Shown piece by piece: positions 1 to 8,696 of a DNA stretch of 48,373 bases. Each line of letters starts with the position of its first letter. Within the stretch, counting starts at the first letter, position 1. The position numbers were made by a program, and so were the translations under genes. The DNA lies in NCBI GenBank assembly GCA_963842525.1, contig CAWJGT010000005.1, forward strand, positions 1 through 48,373, given 5' to 3'. The notes beneath the pieces were generated by a model that was not told the DNA's origin, made no database searches, and saw only the letters and a list, made by a program, of their open reading frames with translations. This DNA comes from an uncultured Holophagales bacterium (lineage in GTDB: Bacteria > Acidobacteriota > Thermoanaerobaculia > Multivoradales > UBA5704).

Positions 1-195
1 GGCGGCGGCACCCGCAAGGCGGTATCTGCCATGGGGGCCACGGGGGCCGCGGGGGCAGGATCGGCCGAGCCCGCCGTGGAGCTCGCCAAGGTGAGCAGAG
101 CTGCCCCAGGTCCAGGCGCTCCTTGATATCTTCGGTGGGCGCGTCGAGACCGTCGAAGAGCGCGAGCATCTCCCAGGGAGGAGTCAACCCGATGA
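1..195 (+). CDS. dnaX: Probable 3' end of DNA polymerase III gamma/tau subunit (partial, frameshifted)
   Basis: One frame reads ...[21 protein letters not shown], resembling DnaX C-termini; position matches the conserved dnaX-ybaB-recR order; probable ATGA overlap with ybaB at 192-195 after an indel. Confidence 0.5.
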
Positions 196-486
196 GCAGC
201 ATGCGTCAACTCATGAAACAGGCCCAGGAGATGCAGGAGCGGCTCCAGCGCGAGCTGAACCAGTTCGTCGTGGAGACCAGCGTCGGCGGCGGTATGGTCA
301 CCGTCCAGATCAGCGGCCACAAGCAGCTCGTCTCCGTCAAGATCGACCCTGAAGCCATCGATCCATCCGACCTCTCCATGCTCGGACCTCATCGTCGCCG
401 CGGTCAACCAGGCGGGCCGCAAGGTCGAAGAGACCATGCAGGGCAAGATGGGCGCGATGGCGTCGAGCCTGCCCGGCCTGTTCTGA
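192..486 (+). CDS. ybaB: YbaB/EbfC nucleoid-associated protein (one frameshift near 384)
   Basis: [15 protein letters not shown]...[11 protein letters not shown]...KIDP; after a shift at ~384 continues [23 protein letters not shown]...LPGLF-TGA(484-486). Confidence 0.9.
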
Positions 487-509
487 TCCACTGCTTCGAT
501 GTCCGACCG

Positions 510-1094
510 ATGCCCGACCCTCTGGCCCGACTGATCGGCGAGCTCGCGCGCCTGCCGGGCATCGGGCCCAAGACCGCAACGCGCTTGGCCCACTATCTCC
601 TCAAGGTGCCCGCCACCGACGCCCAAGCCCTCGCCGAGGCCATCGTCGAGGTGAAGGAGAAGCTCTTCCACTGCTCAGTGTGCAATGCGATCACCGCCAT
701 CGACCCGTGCCGCTACTGCGACGACGAGCGGCGCGACCGCATCCGTATCTGCGTCGTCGAGGAGCCGTTCAACATCGAGCCCATCGAGCGGACGGGGGAA
801 TACCACGGCCTTTACCACGTCCTGCTCGGAGCCCTCTCGCCGCACCGCGGGATCGGCCCCGACCGCCTAGCCATCGCCGGGCTGCTGGCCCGCCTCGAAG
901 GGATTGAGGAGGTCGTGGTGGCGACCAACCCGAACGTCGAGGGCGAGGCCACGGCCCTCTACCTGGCCCGCCTGCTCAAGCCCCGGGGCGTGCGGGTCAC
1001 CCGCCTCGCCTTCGGCATGCCCGTCGGCGGCGATATTGAATATACCGACGAGGTGACCCTGGGGCGGTCGCTGGCCGGCCGGCGCGAGATGTGA
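510..1094 (+). CDS. recR: Recombination mediator RecR
   Basis: LPGIGPKTA HhH, C4 zinc finger (CSVC...CRYC), Toprim VVEE and [12 protein letters not shown] motifs; ATG at 510. Confidence 0.97.
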   Translation: MPDPLARLIGELARLPGIGPKTATRLAHYLLKVPATDAQALAEAIVEVKEKLFHCSVCNAITAIDPCRYCDDERRDRIRICVVEEPFNIEPIERTGEYHGLYHVLLGALSPHRGIGPDRLAIAGLLARLEGIEEVVVATNPNVEGEATALYLARLLKPRGVRVTRLAFGMPVGGDIEYTDEVTLGRSLAGRREM

Positions 1095-2392
1095 CCGCCT
1101 TCGGCGAGCTCCTCCCCCGCATGGTCGTCCCGCCGCCGGGGCCCCGCGCCCGCGAGCTGTCCCGGTGCCTCGCCGCGGTCGAAGCCCCCGGCATCAACAC
1201 CTTGGCTCCAGGTGGACCCGGCGATCCACCGGCTCCCTCGCTCCTCTGGGAGGAGGCCCGGGGAGCGAACGTCCGCGACGTCGACGGCAATATCTATATA
1301 GACCTCACCGCCGCCTTCGGCGTGGCCGCGGTGGGGCACGCGCACCCGCGGGTCGTCGAGGCGGTGCGCGAGCAGGCAGGCCGGCTCCTCCATGGGCTGG
1401 GGGACGTCCACGCCCATCCGCTGCGGGTCGAGCTGGCCGCACGCCTGGCGCGCCTCGCGCCGGTGGACGACGCCCAGGTCTTCTTCTCCATCTCCGGCGC
1501 CGAAGCCGTGGAGATCGCGCTCAAGACGGCCCTCGCCGCCACCGGCCGGCCCGGCGTCCTCGCCTTCGAGCCCTCCTACCACGGCATGACGCTGGGCGCC
1601 TTGGCCGTCACCTCGCGGGACGAGTTCCGCACGCCTTTCGCCGCCCATCTCCACGGCCACGTGCGCCGGCTCCCCTACGGCTGCCATCCCGGCGAAATCA
1701 CAGCCGTCCTCGACCGGGAAGAGATCGGCGCCGTAATCGTCGAGCCGATCGTCGGCCGGGAGGGCGTCCTGGTGCCGCCTGCCGGCTGGCTTCCCGCCCT
1801 CGCCGAAGCCTGCCAGAGCGTCGGCGCCCTGCTGATCGCGGACGAGGTCTTCACCGGCTTCGGCCGCACCGGGACCCTCTTCGCGGTCGAAGCCGACGGG
1901 GTGCGGCCGGACCTGCTCTGCTGCGGCAAGGCGCTCGGCGGAGGCTTGCCCATCGCCGCCGTGATCGCCCGCCGCGACCTCTTCCGCTGCTGGGAGACCC
2001 CCGGCGAGGCGCGCCACACCGCCACCTTCGTGGCCAACCCCCTGGCCTGCGCCGCCGCCCTGGCCGTGCTCGACATCCTTGAAGAGGAGGATCTGACAAC
2101 GCGCGCCGTTCGCCTCGGCGCCGGAGTGGCCGAGCGGCTGGCGGGCTGGCGGGAACGCTTCCCGGCCGTCTCGGACGTGCGCGGGCGGGGGCTCCTCTGG
2201 GGCGTCGAGCTGGCCTCCAAGGACCTCGCCAAGCGGCTCACCTCGGAGGCGCTCGCGCGAGGGCTCCTCCTGCTTGCCGGCGGGCCGGAGGGGCGGGTGG
2301 CCCAGATCGTACCGCCGCTCCTGATCCCTGAGCCGCTGCTCGATGCGGCGCTCACGATTCTGGAAGAGGAGCTCGAGGAGAAACGTCCGTGA
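1091..2392 (+). CDS. Class III PLP-dependent aminotransferase (GabT/ArgD-like)
   Basis: [52 protein letters not shown] motifs; GTGA overlap with recR stop. Confidence 0.93.
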   Translation: MTAFGELLPRMVVPPPGPRARELSRCLAAVEAPGINTLAPGGPGDPPAPSLLWEEARGANVRDVDGNIYIDLTAAFGVAAVGHAHPRVVEAVREQAGRLLHGLGDVHAHPLRVELAARLARLAPVDDAQVFFSISGAEAVEIALKTALAATGRPGVLAFEPSYHGMTLGALAVTSRDEFRTPFAAHLHGHVRRLPYGCHPGEITAVLDREEIGAVIVEPIVGREGVLVPPAGWLPALAEACQSVGALLIADEVFTGFGRTGTLFAVEADGVRPDLLCCGKALGGGLPIAAVIARRDLFRCWETPGEARHTATFVANPLACAAALAVLDILEEEDLTTRAVRLGAGVAERLAGWRERFPAVSDVRGRGLLWGVELASKDLAKRLTSEALARGLLLLAGGPEGRVAQIVPPLLIPEPLLDAALTILEEELEEKRP

Positions 2393-2958
2393 GCGCTCCG
2401 CGGTACAAGATTGCCTTCATTGGCAGCCATGGCGTAGGGAAGACCACCCTCTGCTACGGTCTCGCCGCGCGCCTCAAGGTTCGGGACGTGGCGGTCGAGG
2501 TTGTGCATGAAGTGGCGCGGCGCTGTCCGCTGCCGATCAACGAGGAGACCTCGGTCGCCGCGCAGTCGTGGATCCTCCACGCCCAGATCACCGAGGAGCT
2601 GGTGGCCCAGTCCCGCTATCCGGCGGTGATCTGCGACCGGAGCGTCCTCGACAACTATGTCTACCTCCTGCTCTCCGCCGGCCGGCAGGAGGAGTTGGAG
2701 ACGCTCGTGGAGTCCTGGATGCGCACCTACGACCTCCTGGTGCACGTGCCGGTCCTGGAGCAGCCAAACCCGGACGGCATCCGCTCGGCCAATCCGGCGT
2801 TCCAGCTCGCCGTGGAGGAGCGCCTCGCCCGCGAGCTCGACGGCCGCGGCATCTCCGCCCTCCACCTCGCCCCCGACAGCCGCGCATCCTGGCTCGATAC
2901 GGTCGAGCAGGAGGTCTGGGAGCACGTCCTCGGGCCGGTGCAGCTCCCGCTGCTGTGA
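2389..2958 (+). CDS. P-loop NTPase/kinase (AAA_28/NadR-kinase-like)
   Basis: Walker A GSHGVGKTT, EVAR, ICDRSVLD, DGIR motifs; overlaps upstream stop codon. Confidence 0.85.
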   Translation: MSAPRYKIAFIGSHGVGKTTLCYGLAARLKVRDVAVEVVHEVARRCPLPINEETSVAAQSWILHAQITEELVAQSRYPAVICDRSVLDNYVYLLLSAGRQEELETLVESWMRTYDLLVHVPVLEQPNPDGIRSANPAFQLAVEERLARELDGRGISALHLAPDSRASWLDTVEQEVWEHVLGPVQLPLL

Positions 2959-2988
2959 GGAAGGACCCGAGATCGGGACGCTGCCCAT

Positions 2989-3373
2989 GGACCCGGGACA
3001 ACGCGCCACGGTCTCGGGATCATGCCTAAAGGACCGCAGTCAACGTGCCGCGTCCTTTAGTCCGTGCTTGAGGGACCGCGGTCCGCGGCCCGTTTCCTAC
3101 AGTCGATGCTTGAGGGACCGCGGTCCGCGTGACTTTTTCTTTAGTCCCTGCTACAAGGACCCGGGTCCGTGCGACGTTTGCTGTAGTCAATGCTTCAGGG
3201 ACCCGGGTCCGCGGCTCATTTGCTTTATTCCGTGCTTGAGGGATCGCGGTCCGCGGCCCATTTCCTGTAGTCAGTACTTGAGGGACCCGGGTCCGCGGGT
3301 CGTTTCCTGCAGTCAATGCTTTAAGGACCACGGTCCGCGAGACGTTTTCCCGGGATTCCTTGACCTCGGCCCC
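2989..3373. repeat. 42-bp tandem repeat array with palindromic GGACC-NN-GGTCC core (9 phased units plus 1 degenerate)
   Basis: Core starts at 2989, 3031, 3073, 3115, 3157, 3199, 3241, 3283, 3325 (exactly 42 apart); degenerate copy at 3361. Confidence 0.92.
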
Positions 3374-3430
3374 GCCCCAGACACCCTCTGACGGCGGCGC
3401 GTAGATCGGCTAACATGGCGCCGAGCCCGG

Positions 3431-4108
3431 ATGACCATGCCCACTTTCGAAGGGATCTTCATCTTCCTCCTGGCCCTCCTTGGCGCCGCGGCGTCGATCG
3501 GGCTGTTCTTGGTGTTGCGGCGGTCGGAGGGGAGCCCGGCGATGGAAGCGCTGGGGCGGGGAGACTTCGCGGCGGCCCTGGCGGCGGCGCGGACGGAGGG
3601 GCGGGCCCGGCGGGACGAGCTGTACGCTGCGGCCGTAGCCGCCAAGCACCTGCTCGATCTGAAAACCTCCCGCGAGCTCCTGCGGCGGATCCTCGCCGAC
3701 GATCCGGAGGACGGGGAGGCCTGGCTGGAGTCCGGCCTCGTCGCCTCCTATGGGGGCGACTACGCCGCGGCCGAGCAGGCCTTCGCCACGGCGGCCGCCA
3801 ACCGCTCCGACCTCGCCGAGTCCATTAACCTCCACCGCGCCTGGCTCGAGCTGCGGCGCGGAAATCCTCCGGCGGCCCGCCGCCTCTTCGACGAGGTCGA
3901 GGCGCCTCTCGAGAGCAAGCTGCGCTCCGACCTGGGCAGCGGCGAGCCCCTCTTCGCCGAGTGGTTCCTCCAGGCTGCCGCCCTGTGGGCCGCCTTCGGC
4001 GATCCCGACCGGGCCGCATGGGCGCGCCGCGAAGGCCAGGCCTCGGCTCCGGCCAGCCGCCTCGCCGAGCTCCTGCTCACCGACTCCGGTCCGCTTCCGC
4101 TACAATAG
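3431..4108 (+). CDS. Membrane-anchored TPR-like protein
   Basis: N-terminal hydrophobic helix followed by TPR-like segments (DPEDGEAWLESGLV...GDYAAAEQAF). Confidence 0.75.
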   Translation: MTMPTFEGIFIFLLALLGAAASIGLFLVLRRSEGSPAMEALGRGDFAAALAAARTEGRARRDELYAAAVAAKHLLDLKTSRELLRRILADDPEDGEAWLESGLVASYGGDYAAAEQAFATAAANRSDLAESINLHRAWLELRRGNPPAARRLFDEVEAPLESKLRSDLGSGEPLFAEWFLQAAALWAAFGDPDRAAWARREGQASAPASRLAELLLTDSGPLPLQ

Positions 4109-4115
4109 GCGGACC

Positions 4116-5126
4116 TTGAGCCTCCAGGGACTTTTCCGGCAGTGGGATCTCTTCTCCCACTTCAGCGATGAGCAGTTGTCTCAGCTCGCCGGGTGCGCCT
4201 CCCTCGTCCAGCATCCGGCCGACACCCTGGTGGTCCAGGAGGGGGAGGCGTCTCGCGGCGCCTACATGATCCGCAGCGGCGGCATCCGCATCCAGAGGAA
4301 GACCCCCTACGGCCTGTTCTCCCTGGCCAGCCTCGGTCCCGGCGATCTCTTCGGCGAAACCGCCATCGTCGACCACGGGCCGCGGACCGGCTCGGCGGTC
4401 ACCACCGCCGAGACCGAGATCGTCGCCTTCGACCAGGCGGCGCTCGCGGCGCAGCAGGAGCGCGACCCGGGCTTCCAACTCGCCCTCTACTGGACCTTCT
4501 GGAAGAGCCTCTCGGGGAAGCTCCGCCAGACGAACGCCAACCTCAGCCAGTTCTTCGCCGAGACCGGCGGTCCACCGCCCGGCGATCCGATCACCCACGC
4601 CCAACCGGGAGGGGAGTTCCGCGTCGACCTGGCGGTCAAGCGCAAGCTCTTCCAGGAACAGAAGCTCTCCAACCTGGAGATCAACTTCCTCTCCACCCTT
4701 TCGAAGGAGAAGAAGTTCGCCCCCAACCAGGTCATCTTCCGCGAGGGGGAGACGGCCTACGAGATGTACATCGTGCTCGAGGGGCGCGTGATGATCAGCA
4801 AGTTCATCCCGGGGGCGGGCGAGGAGGCCCTCGCCTTCCTCGAACGCGGCGGCTACTTCGGAGAGATGGCGCTCATCGACAACGCGCCGCGCTCGGCCGA
4901 CGCCAAGGCGCATGACGAGGGAGCCGTCGTCCTCGCCATCCCGCGCGACGTCCTGGAGGGGATCCTCGACATCAACAAGGTCTCCTCCCTGCGTCTGCTC
5001 TCGATCCTCTGCAACCTGGTGGCGGGCCGGCTGCGCGAGATCGACGACAAGATCATCACCTGGTTCATCCTCGCCGGCGGGACCGGGATCTCCTGGCCGG
5101 TGGACCGCCCGCGGAAGCGCGCCTGA
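4116..5126 (+). CDS. Protein with two cyclic nucleotide-binding domains
   Basis: Two cNMP folds: LGPGDLFGETAIVDHGPRTGS and LERGGYFGEMALIDNAPRSAD; probable TTG start at 4116. Confidence 0.88.
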   Translation: MSLQGLFRQWDLFSHFSDEQLSQLAGCASLVQHPADTLVVQEGEASRGAYMIRSGGIRIQRKTPYGLFSLASLGPGDLFGETAIVDHGPRTGSAVTTAETEIVAFDQAALAAQQERDPGFQLALYWTFWKSLSGKLRQTNANLSQFFAETGGPPPGDPITHAQPGGEFRVDLAVKRKLFQEQKLSNLEINFLSTLSKEKKFAPNQVIFREGETAYEMYIVLEGRVMISKFIPGAGEEALAFLERGGYFGEMALIDNAPRSADAKAHDEGAVVLAIPRDVLEGILDINKVSSLRLLSILCNLVAGRLREIDDKIITWFILAGGTGISWPVDRPRKRA

Positions 5127-6211
5127 GCGTTCCTCCCTCCGCCAGGCTCCCGAGCACCTTCCCCACCAGCGACGACTGCGGCAGCCCGGCCCGGCGCCCC
5201 TCGTTCGAACCACCCCGCCGCCGCCTCCGGAGCCTCCGAGCCATGGCGCACCGGCCCGCCTTTCGGCCGCTCAGCCAGCTCCGCCCGGTGCACCGCGATC
5301 TCGAGATTCCGGTAGGTGATCCCGTGGCGGACCGCCGCTTCCTGCTCCCGCAGGCTCCACCTGCCGCCATACCGCGCGCCCAGGTCCGTCTCCGCCCGCT
5401 CCAGGGAGCCATCCGCGGGAACGGGCACCCACGGCAGCTCCCAGGTTCCGGCCAGGAGCTCGCTGTCGTCGGGCCGCCGGAAGAGCAGCACGCCGCGGTC
5501 GTCCTCGACCACGGCGACCAGCAGCCGGTGCCGTTCCGGCTCGCGCTTCACCCGCGGCGGCGGGTACCGCTCGGGGTTCCCCCCGGCCGCGGCCCGGCAG
5601 CCGGTGGAGAGCGGACAGAGGAGGCACTTGGGGCGGCGCGGGGTGCAGAGGGTAGCGCCCAGCTCCATGAGGGCCTGGTTGCTGTCGCCCGGGCGCTCCG
5701 GATCGAGCAGGGACGAAGCCGCAGCCAGGAGAGCCTTGCGGGCGGCGCTCCCCTTCGAGTCCGCGTCGAGAGCCAGCCAGCGGGAGAGGACGCGCTCGAC
5801 GTTGCCGTCGAGCACCGGCTCGGGGACGCCGAAGGCGATGCTCGCCACTGCCGCCGCCGTGTAGGGCCCGATCCCCGGCAGCTCGCGCAGCCCCTCGACG
5901 GTCCGCGGGAACCCGCCGAGCTCGGCGACCCGCCGCGCCGCGGCATGGAGCTGCCGGGCTCGCCGGTAGTAGCCCAGGCCCGACCAGAGGGTGAGGACCT
6001 CTTCGAGGTCTGCCTGCGCAAGGGCCTGGGCGGTGGCAAATTTTTCCAGGAACCTCTTGTAATAGGGGAGCACCACCTCCACGCGCGTCTGCTGGAGCAT
6101 CACTTCCGAGAGCCAGATGCGGTAGGGATCGCGCGTTCGGCGCCAGGGCAGGTCGCGGCGGTGCCTGTTGAACCAGGCGAGGAGGTTCTGGGCATGCCGC
6201 ACCCGCGTCAT
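5065..6211 (-). CDS. mutY: A/G-specific adenine glycosylase MutY (frameshift near 5200; 3' end approximate)
   Basis: RDLPWR, WLSEVMLQQT, WSGLGYYRRA, LPGIGPYTA, DGNVERV, 4Fe-4S CTPRRPKCLLCPLSTGC; NUDIX-like tail ends LPQSSLVGKVL in an alternative frame. Confidence 0.95.
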
Positions 6212-6281
6212 TCTATCTCGGGTCGGCCAATTTGGCAGGCAAGAATGGCGATTTCAGCACGACGCGCAGAGAGGTCTGCTG

Positions 6282-6316
6282 AAAAAGAAAATCCCCCTCC
6301 CCGAAGGGGAGAGGGC
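6282..6316 (-). terminator. Intrinsic terminator of ncRNA unit 1
   Basis: Minus strand CCCTCTCCCC-TTC-GGGGAGGGGG stem (one G-U) followed by ATTTTTCTTTTT. Confidence 0.8.
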
Positions 6317-6475
6317 TTTAAGAGGGGGGCATCCCATCTCTCCGGTTGGCTTATTTGGCTCTACCCCTGTCAATAGGGGATCAGGAGGATGTTTTGCAAA
6401 GGTGAGGCACTAGGGCCTCGTTTTTAGGTGGGAAGTCTTTTGGTGTGTGGGAGCTTCCCCCTCGTCATTTCCTGA
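6282..6475 (-). ncRNA. Putative sigma54-dependent structured ncRNA, unit 1 (~195 nt)
   Basis: Own promoter and terminator; closing helix GAGGGGG..TCCCA / TGGGA..CCCCCTC; hairpins at 6404-6419 and 6364-6379 shared with units 2 and 3; ends inferred from promoter and terminator. Confidence 0.7.
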
Positions 6476-6485
6476 ATCTAACCCC

Positions 6486-6501
6486 TGCAACAACCGTGCC
6501 T
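6486..6501 (-). promoter_or_regulatory. sigma54 -24/-12 promoter, unit 1
   Basis: Minus strand AGGCAC-GGTTG-TTGCA against consensus TGGCAC-N5-TTGCW. Confidence 0.8.
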
Positions 6502-6536
6502 GGTTTCTCATTCCTTCTCTCCCACTCCTCCCCCTC

Positions 6537-6570
6537 AAAAGGAAAACGCTCCCAGCGGGGCTGGGAGCGT
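6537..6570 (-). terminator. Intrinsic terminator of ncRNA unit 2
   Basis: Perfect 10-bp stem ACGCTCCCAG/CTGGGAGCGT (6546-6570) then TTTCCTTTT on the minus strand. Confidence 0.85.
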
Positions 6571-6733
6571 CACGGGGGGAAGCCCATCTCTCCGGTTGGT
6601 CCTTGTGGATCTACCCCTGTTGAAGGGGGATTCGGCAGGTCGGATGAGAGGGTGAGATCTAGAGATCTCGGGATACGGTAGGCTTGGTCGTTGGCTGGTG
6701 GAACATCCCCCTCGGTCATTCTCCTGTATGCCT
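6537..6733 (-). ncRNA. Putative sigma54-dependent structured ncRNA, unit 2 (~197 nt)
   Basis: Closing helix GGGGGA.GTTC / GGGC.TCCCCC; hairpins at 6654-6669 (GAGATC/GATCTC) and 6614-6628 (CCCCT/AGGGG); conserved TAGATCC..CCAACCG. Confidence 0.7.
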
Positions 6734-6743
6734 TCTCTCAGAC

Positions 6744-6759
6744 TGCAATGGCCGTGCCC
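6744..6759 (-). promoter_or_regulatory. sigma54 -24/-12 promoter, unit 2
   Basis: Minus strand GGGCAC-GGCCA-TTGCA. Confidence 0.8.
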
Positions 6760-6779
6760 GGTCCTCTCCTTGGGGCACT

Positions 6780-6806
6780 AAAAGGAAACGGGAGCTTTCG
6801 CTCCCG
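6780..6806 (-). terminator. Intrinsic terminator of ncRNA unit 3
   Basis: CGGGAGC-GAAA-GCTCCCG (GNRA loop on the minus strand) then TTTCCTTTT. Confidence 0.85.
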
Positions 6807-6985
6807 AGCCGAGCGTTGGGGGGGAGGTCCTGAGTTGGGACGGTTGGTTGTGGGATCTACCCCTGTAGAAGGGGAGAGGGAAAGGGATATCAAAGAAGTT
6901 AACGAGATCTCAGGATCTCTTGGAGATGGCAGGAACTTCCGTTTGGCTGGACGGCACCTCCCCCTGAACGCTCTATGAACTTGCC
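6780..6985 (-). ncRNA. Putative sigma54-dependent structured ncRNA, unit 3 (~205 nt)
   Basis: Closing helix GAGCGTT..GGGGGAGGT (6973-6956) / ACCTCCCCC..AACGCTC (6828-6811); hairpins at 6904-6919 and 6860-6874. Confidence 0.7.
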
Positions 6986-6995
6986 CTTCCTTCTC

Positions 6996-7011
6996 TGCAA
7001 TAGACGTACCA
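6996..7011 (-). promoter_or_regulatory. sigma54 -24/-12 promoter, unit 3
   Basis: Minus strand TGGTAC-GTCTA-TTGCA. Confidence 0.8.
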
Positions 7012-7345
7012 CTTTCGGATGAAAGGAGTAAGTCTTTTGTTGCGAGCAGCTTATCTTCTTGAAGCAAGAGGTTCGCGAGGATCTCGAAGATATTCTCTCG
7101 TGTAAATCCTTCCTTCGATCCCGAAGCATTTCTACAAGACTCACCACGCGGGAGGCGTAGGATACGCTGCCCCTGGGAAGGGAGGAGAGTTTGTAGACCC
7201 ATGGACACCGCACCAAAAGTTCTTTCTTCGGAGTCACCCTGCCGGAGGGGTTGCGGGCACGAATGGGTGTTGCTATGATGCGTCCAGTCGTAGCGAGTAG
7301 CGTCTGTCTCCACTGCACTGACGACCCCACCCTCCAGGGTTAGGG

Positions 7346-7377
7346 TTTTCCACACCCTGTGGAATTCCTGCGGAATT
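7346..7377. promoter_or_regulatory. DnaA-box cluster upstream of dnaA
   Basis: TTTTCCACA (7346-7354), TGTGGAATT (7358-7366), TGCGGAATT (7369-7377). Confidence 0.7.
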
Positions 7378-7404
7378 TGACTAGCTTCACGCGTCCGAGG
7401 TCCC

Positions 7405-8696
7405 ATGCCCCAGTCTCTCTGGTCGCTCCTCCAGAAACAGCTCCAGAAGAGCTCGATCCCGAGGAGTTCGCGACCTGGTTCCTCCCCCTGAAGGTACGCA
7501 AGGAGGGGCAGGGCCACCTGATCCTTCTCGCTCCCAATTCCCGTTTCCTGCACACGCTCGAAGAGAGCTACCGTTCCGTCGTGGACCGGGCTCTGGCCGG
7601 CCTCAGCGGCCGCCCCTTTGAGGTTCACTTCTTGTTGGAGGAAGACGACAAGGAGGTGTCCACCGACGAGGTGCCGGCGCCGGGGCACTTCAATCCGAAG
7701 TACATCTTCCAGACCTTCGTCGTGGGCAAGTCCAACGAGTTCGCCCATGCCGCGGCCAAGGCGGTGGCCGAGAACCCGTCCCACAGCTACAACCCGTTGT
7801 TCCTCTACGGCGGCGTAGGGCTCGGCAAGACGCACCTTCTGCATGCCATCGGGCACGAGATCCTGCAACGCAGACCCAACCTCCGGGTCTTCTACCTGGT
7901 GGCCGAGCAGTTCGTCAACGAGCTGATCAACTCTATCCGCTTCGACCGCATGCCCCAGTTCCGCGAGCGATACCGGACCATCGACGTCCTGTTGATCGAC
8001 GACGTGCAGTTCATCGCCAACAAGGAGCGGACGCAGGAGGAGTTCTTCCACACCTTCAACACGCTCTATACGAGCCAGAAGCAGATCATCCTCTCGTCCG
8101 ACTCCTCGCCGCGGAACATCCCGACCCTGGAGGAGCGTCTGCGCAGCCGCTTCGAGTGGGGCCTGATCGCCGACATCCAGCCGCCGGACCTCGAAACCAA
8201 GGTGGCGATCCTGCAGCGCAAGGCTTATACCGAGGGCGTCACCCTCCCCGACGATGTGGCTGTCTTCATCGCCCGGCAGGTCAAATCGAACATCCGCGAG
8301 CTCGAAGGGCTCCTCAACCGGGTCATCGCCCACTCCTCTCTGACTGCCACGCCGCTGTCGCTCGACCATGCCAAGGAGACCCTCAAGGACATCCTTCCCG
8401 AGGAGGGGAAGAAGCCGAACCCGGCAAAGATCGTCAAGGCGGTCGCCGACCATTACGGCCTGAAGGTCGCGGAGATCAAGAGCAAGAGCAACTCGCAACA
8501 GATCGTCTTTCCTCGCAAGGTGGCCATGTACCTGCTGCGCAAGCTCTCGGAGGTCTCCTATCCCGAGATCGGCAAGATCTTCAACGACAAGCACCACTCC
8601 ACGGTCATGTACGCCGTCCGCGACATCGAGGACCGCCGTGCACGGGACGCGGACCTCGACCGCGTGCTCCATGGGCTGGAGCAGCAATTCGGTTGA
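7405..8696 (+). CDS. dnaA: Chromosomal replication initiator DnaA (indel near 7449)
   Basis: ATG 7405 MPQSLWSLLQKQLQK joins ELDPEEFATWF after a shift; YNPLFLYGGVGLGKTHL, LLIDDVQF, QEEFFHTFN, RLRSRFEWG, SNIRELEG, HHSTVMYA. Confidence 0.98.

Noticed and set aside
123-1094. Apparent YbaB-RecR fusion protein in the ORF track
   Set aside because: A frameshift at ~384 hides the normal YbaB C-terminus and stop (484-486); recR has its own ATG at 510
2989-3373. CRISPR array
   Set aside because: Units are similar along their whole length with no unique spacers, and there are no cas genes
6570-6719. 49-aa ORF (MTEGDVPP...TGVDPQGPTGEMGFPP) in ncRNA unit 2, suggesting the units encode peptides
   Set aside because: Unit 1 stops after 14 codons, unit 3 lacks the ATG and has a 2-nt spacing shift, the SD abuts the ATG, and conservation follows base pairing; not fully excluded given sequencing indels
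6282-6985. 6S RNA or CsrB/RsmZ-type identity for the ncRNA units
   Set aside because: Length fits 6S, but the fold is a multi-branch junction rather than a rod with a central bubble; no repeated GGA-loop hairpins; needs an Rfam search to exclude formally
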